From the NCBI GenBank assembly GCA_963825315.1, contig CAWGST010000001.1, positions 1,877,460 to 1,941,459 on the forward strand: a DNA stretch of 64,000 bases, given 5' to 3'. Below, piece by piece: positions 60,493 through 64,000 of the stretch. Position 1 is the first letter of the stretch. Every line of letters starts with the position of its first letter. The translations under genes were made by a program, and so were the position numbers. This DNA is from an uncultured Verrucomicrobiae bacterium. Its GTDB lineage: Bacteria > Verrucomicrobiota > Verrucomicrobiia > Limisphaerales > Palsa-1400. The notes beneath the pieces were generated by a model, which worked only from the letters and a program-made list of their open reading frames with translations, did not search any database and was not told the origin of the DNA.

Positions 60493-60731
60493 TTGGCAAT
60501 TCGGCGCGGGCGGTTTGAACGCCGGCCCCGGCCGGAACGGAGCAGGACGACGCGGCGCGGATTCATCGGCGGCAACTCCACGTTTTTGAAAGCCTCCAGC
60601 ATTTCGCCGGCGGTTGCGCAAGGCTGGGGGATGGTGCGCAGAATCACGTCGGAAAAGCTGTCGCCCGGTTCTTTGAGCTTGCGCAATCTCGCGTGCGCCT
60701 CGGTTGAAATTGTAATGGTTGTAAAAGGCAT
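60489..60731 (-). CDS. vapB: VapB-type antitoxin (PF02697-like)
   Basis: MPFTTITISTEAHARLRKLKEPGDSFSDVILRTI matches the tItIsdE.y.rLkklK..gESFSDvI pattern. Confidence 0.7.
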   Translation of the reverse strand: MPFTTITISTEAHARLRKLKEPGDSFSDVILRTIPQPCATAGEMLEAFKNVELPPMNPRRVVLLRSGRGRRSNRPRRIAK

Positions 60732-60828
60732 ACATGAGAATTGCATGAATCAAATCTGAATGCAAGCGCATTTTTTGAGCCACCCATGAAAACCATGAAG
60801 CCAAAGAAACCAATCAGTTCACTGATTC

Positions 60829-62406
60829 TCACACAGAACAAACAGCGTCACACCATTGCCTTACTTTCTGTTCGATCATGTCCCGCACTTCGCGTGTCTT
60901 GGCCAGCTTCTCTTCATCCGTGCCTTGAAATCTTGCAGGATCGGGAAAACTCCAGTGCAGGCGCGTCGTGACACCGGGAAAAATCGGGCAACGTTCCGCG
61001 CTCGCCTCGTCGCAAACGGTGATGACCCAGGCAAACGTTTTTCCCAATTTGACGAAATCTGAAACGGCTTTGGTTTGATTGCCGGAAATGTCAAGGCCGG
61101 CTTCCCGCATCACCGCGACGGCGATCGGGTTTAATTTTCCCGGCTCGAGTCCGGCGCTGTGCGCTTCGAATTCGTCTCCGCAAATCTGGTTCAAAAACGC
61201 CCCGGCCATCTGGCTGCGGGCGCTGTTGTGAATGCAAACGAACAGGACTTTCTTTTTCATCTGGTTGTTCCTCCTTTGAGTTTGGCGCGACAATGTTTCA
61301 TTGCCGTCATCTGCGGCGGCAAACCAATGCCGCGTCCGGTTGCAGGCGGCGCATACCGAAAGCATCACCGGCACTTCCACCAGCACGCCGACCACCGTGG
61401 CCAGCGCCGCGCCGGAACCCGGCCCAAACAACGTGATGGCCACGGCCACGGCCAGTTCAAAGAAGTTGCTCGCGCCGATCAGCGCGCCGGGCGCGGCCAC
61501 GTTGTGCGGCACGCGCAACCAGCGCATGAGCAGGTAGGCAAGCGTTGAATTGAAATAAACCTGGATGATGATGGGAACGGCCAGCAACAGCACGGCTAAC
61601 CAGCGCGTGGTCAGGTTCTCCGCTTGAAACGCGAAGATAAGCACCAGTGTCAACAGCAGCGCCGCGATGGTCACGGGATGAAACTTCGCCAGAAAGTTTT
61701 CCTCAAACCAGTCTTTGCCGCGCCAGTTCAGCAGTATGGTCCGCGTCAGCCAGCCCGCCGCCAGCGGTATGACGATGAACACCACCACCGACGTGATGAG
61801 GACTTTGGACGGCACAACCACCTTCGCCACGCCGCACAAAAACATGACGATGGGCGCGAAGGCGAACAGCATGATAAGGTCGTTGACCGCCACTTGCACG
61901 AGGGTGTAAACCGGGTCGCCGTCGGTGAGATACGACCACACAAACACCATTGCCGTGCAAGGCGCGGCGGCCAGAATGATGAGTCCGGCGGTGTAATTCT
62001 TCGCCGCCTCCGCATCAATCCAGTGCGCGAAGAGATGCTGCATGAACAGCCACGCCAGCAGCGCCATGCTGAAGGGCTTTACCAGCCAGTTGATGAACAG
62101 CGTCACCGCCAGTCCCTTGGGCCTTTTGGCGATGCCCCCAAGCGCGCTGAAATCCACCTTGAGCATCATCGGGTAAATCATCATCCAAATCAGCACGGCA
62201 ATCGGGACGTTGACCTGCGAACCCTGGCCAAATTCCAGTTTGCTCAACGACGCCGTGAGGCCGGGCGCGAGCCGGCCCAGCGCGACGCCGGCAACCATGC
62301 AAAGAAAAACCCAAAGCGTCAGGTAACGCTCGAAAACAGCAAGGTGCTTCGGCTCCGCTACTGGCGGCTCATTGTTATTTAAGGCACGGTTCACAATTTG
62401 CCGCAA
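60829..62406 (-). CDS. acr3: ACR3 arsenite efflux permease fused to LMW-PTP-type arsenate reductase ArsC
   Basis: 525-aa continuous ORF. The N-terminal part is an ACR3 permease ([20 protein letters not shown]..). The C-terminal 140 aa read [25 protein letters not shown], the ArsC/LMW-PTP CX5R loop. No stop codon separates the two parts. Confidence 0.85.
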   Translation of the reverse strand: MRQIVNRALNNNEPPVAEPKHLAVFERYLTLWVFLCMVAGVALGRLAPGLTASLSKLEFGQGSQVNVPIAVLIWMMIYPMMLKVDFSALGGIAKRPKGLAVTLFINWLVKPFSMALLAWLFMQHLFAHWIDAEAAKNYTAGLIILAAAPCTAMVFVWSYLTDGDPVYTLVQVAVNDLIMLFAFAPIVMFLCGVAKVVVPSKVLITSVVVFIVIPLAAGWLTRTILLNWRGKDWFEENFLAKFHPVTIAALLLTLVLIFAFQAENLTTRWLAVLLLAVPIIIQVYFNSTLAYLLMRWLRVPHNVAAPGALIGASNFFELAVAVAITLFGPGSGAALATVVGVLVEVPVMLSVCAACNRTRHWFAAADDGNETLSRQTQRRNNQMKKKVLFVCIHNSARSQMAGAFLNQICGDEFEAHSAGLEPGKLNPIAVAVMREAGLDISGNQTKAVSDFVKLGKTFAWVITVCDEASAERCPIFPGVTTRLHWSFPDPARFQGTDEEKLAKTREVRDMIEQKVRQWCDAVCSV

Positions 62407-63320
62407 TTGCCGCGCCGATCGCCAGCCAACTCGTTCACTCCGGCCGAATAGTCCACCGCCGACATCGGCTTGCGCGCCTGGACTTCCAGGCTGGTAAGGT
62501 AGTCGGACGGTTTGGCCGCCGGCGGCAGGTGTTCGACAATTCTCCGGTAAAGCGGATCTTCAAAACTCGTCATTGCCTCGACATAGCCGGGCTTGGATTT
62601 GAGAACGATGCCGGCCAATCCGGCTTCGCGGACCATGCGTTCGGTTTCCTCCACCAGCGCCGCCCCTGCCACACATCCGATGAGAGCCTCCACCATTTTC
62701 AACACTTCCGGCGGCAGCGGCTTGAGCAAAGCCATGTCTGACACCGCCACGCGACCGCCTGGTTTGAGCACGCGCGCGATTTCCCGCCACACTTGTGGCT
62801 TGTCGGGTGAAAGATTGATGACGCAGTTTGATATGATCGCATCCACGCTGCCGTCCGCAACGGGCAAGTGTTCGATTTCACCGAGCCGGAACTCGACGTT
62901 CCCCAAGCCGGTTTCTTTCAGGTAATGAGCGATGTTGCGACGGGCTTTGCCCAGCATCTCCGGCGTCATATCCACTCCGATGGCGCGCCCGCTTGCGCCC
63001 ACTTTGCGACCCGCGATGAAAACATCGAAGCCGCCGCCGCTGCCGAGGTCCAGCACCACTTCACCGGCCTTCAACGCCGCGAGCGCGGCGGGATTGCCGC
63101 AGGACAAACCCATGTTCGCTCCGTCAGGCAGGGCTTTGAGGTCTTCAACAGAATACCCAAGTTCGCCGGCCAGTTTGTCAGCGTCCAGCGGCGCGGAACC
63201 GCAGCAGGACACGCCGGATGTGCAACATCCGGCAGACGTCGTTTGCGCGATCTTCGTGTATCCTTCGCGCACCTTGTCGCGCACGGCATCGTTTCGTTCT
63301 TCAATAGGGGGCATGATCAT
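62391..63320 (-). CDS. arsM: Arsenite S-adenosylmethionine methyltransferase
   Basis: Has the Cys pairs [10 protein letters not shown] and LSCGNP and the SAM motif [11 protein letters not shown]. The ATG at 63320 overlaps the arsR stop (ATGA); the ORF extends to 63359. Confidence 0.85.
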   Translation of the reverse strand: MIMPPIEERNDAVRDKVREGYTKIAQTTSAGCCTSGVSCCGSAPLDADKLAGELGYSVEDLKALPDGANMGLSCGNPAALAALKAGEVVLDLGSGGGFDVFIAGRKVGASGRAIGVDMTPEMLGKARRNIAHYLKETGLGNVEFRLGEIEHLPVADGSVDAIISNCVINLSPDKPQVWREIARVLKPGGRVAVSDMALLKPLPPEVLKMVEALIGCVAGAALVEETERMVREAGLAGIVLKSKPGYVEAMTSFEDPLYRRIVEHLPPAAKPSDYLTSLEVQARKPMSAVDYSAGVNELAGDRRGNCGKL

Positions 63321-63712
63321 AAACTCCTTCGGTGTTTGGGGGTCAACTGCCATCGGCATTGACGGCGGCAGATTTCCTGCGCATCCATTTTCAAGATCGC
63401 CTTGAGCCGTTTGGCGTCGGCCACCGCTTCGTCGGACTTTCCCAGCGACTTCTCAATCCAATCCAGCGCTTCACGAACCATGGCGGGCGCCGTTTCGTCC
63501 GGCAGACGGTAATAAACCCAACGCTCCTCCTTGCGTGAGGCTATCAATCCGCCTTGATGAAGGACGGAAAGGTGCTTGGACATGGTGGAGGGCGCCAGGC
63601 CGAACAATTCGGTGATTTGGCAAACGCACAGTTCACCCCGGCGCAAGGCCAGAAGAATCCGCACACGGCCCGGATCGGACAGCGCCCTGGTGATGGCCAT
63701 AAACCCGCGCAT
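63317..63712 (-). CDS. arsR: ArsR/SmtB-family metalloregulator
   Basis: Reads LSDPGRVRILLALRRGELCVCQITELFGLAPSTMSKHLSVLHQGGLI, with the CVC metalloid-binding motif. Confidence 0.85.
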   Translation of the reverse strand: MRGFMAITRALSDPGRVRILLALRRGELCVCQITELFGLAPSTMSKHLSVLHQGGLIASRKEERWVYYRLPDETAPAMVREALDWIEKSLGKSDEAVADAKRLKAILKMDAQEICRRQCRWQLTPKHRRSL

Positions 63713-63775
63713 ATTTACATTTCGCCACATAACGAAATGATTATCGCACACCGCCCCGGAGTGCGCAAGCGCCTT

Positions 63776-64000
63776 TTAAAGGATTTTCTCCAGCGTTTCC
63801 ACGACCGTTGTCACGCAACCTTTGCAGGTCTGGTTCTGGAGATCCTTTTCCTTGAAGTACCGCTGTCCGCTTGGCGTGTTCAGGTCGCAGCCCTTCAGCA
63901 ATGTGCGGCAGATGCATGTGCCGTGCTTTGATTCAAATTGCGACATGAGTTCCCGCACCTTCCGGTACGTTTCCTCTGTGGGCGTCCTGTCTTGCCCTTC
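63776..64000 (-). CDS. C_GCAxxG_C_C-family redox protein, partial (N-terminus beyond the window)
   Basis: The C-terminal part reads FESKHGTCICRTLLKGCDLNTPSGQRYFKEKDLQNQTCKGCVTTVVETLEKIL. The frame stays open to the window edge. Confidence 0.5.
   Translation of the reverse strand, partial: EGQDRTPTEETYRKVRELMSQFESKHGTCICRTLLKGCDLNTPSGQRYFKEKDLQNQTCKGCVTTVVETLEKIL

Noticed and set aside
61258-61680. ArsC treated as a separate gene from ACR3.
   Set aside because: No stop codon separates the two parts in frame, so they are reported as one fusion ORF. Independent initiation at the internal MKKK cannot be excluded.

Overview
High-GC (~58-60% by eye) Gram-negative chromosomal segment. The repeat families and gene content suggest a Verrucomicrobia/PVC-type soil bacterium, but that is inference only. 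The housekeeping backbone comprises groES-groEL, dnaK, mnmG, an MFP-RND-OMF efflux operon, a GH51 arabinofuranosidase, a long U32 peptidase, rpmI-rplT-pheS, hprK-ptsH-gatC-gatA, a HemQ/chlorite-dismutase-like gene, a GntR-ABC operon and an arsR-arsM-acr3/arsC operon. This backbone is heavily invaded by mobile DNA. There are seven IS copies or remnants from six families: IS4 (two different elements), ISNCY-like, IS21, IS630 (two identical copies), an ISL3 remnant and IS110. Four of them have base-exact ends and target-site duplications. There is also one IS630-derived MITE and a modular family of REP-like intergenic hairpin repeats. Toxin-antitoxin and defence debris includes AbiEii-like, UPF0175/DUF3368, VapBC and BrnT/BrnA-like modules, plus remnants of Dcm, Vsr, DUF2075, a PIN domain and an AbrB-type antitoxin. 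The most interesting items are: (1) an AT-rich islet (9.6-14.1 kb) encoding an XRE regulator, a ~1090-aa secreted protein with an LRAT/NlpC-like C-terminal tip, and an exported MORN-like protein, which is a candidate toxin/immunity cassette with no recognisable delivery marker; (2) an IS110 element whose leader carries a 12-nt perfect complement to the adjacent flank, a candidate bridge RNA guide or closing stem; (3) a membrane-anchored GrpE-fold protein; (4) a multi-TM permease fused to a seven-blade RCC1-like propeller in a GntR-ABC operon; (5) paralogous iteron-like modules showing a GTAACA/GCAACA switch. About eleven apparent 1-nt frame breaks occur in otherwise intact genes. Most sit at short homopolymers and look like sequencing artefacts, so pseudogene calls for those genes should be treated with caution. 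No rRNA, tRNA or CRISPR array was found.
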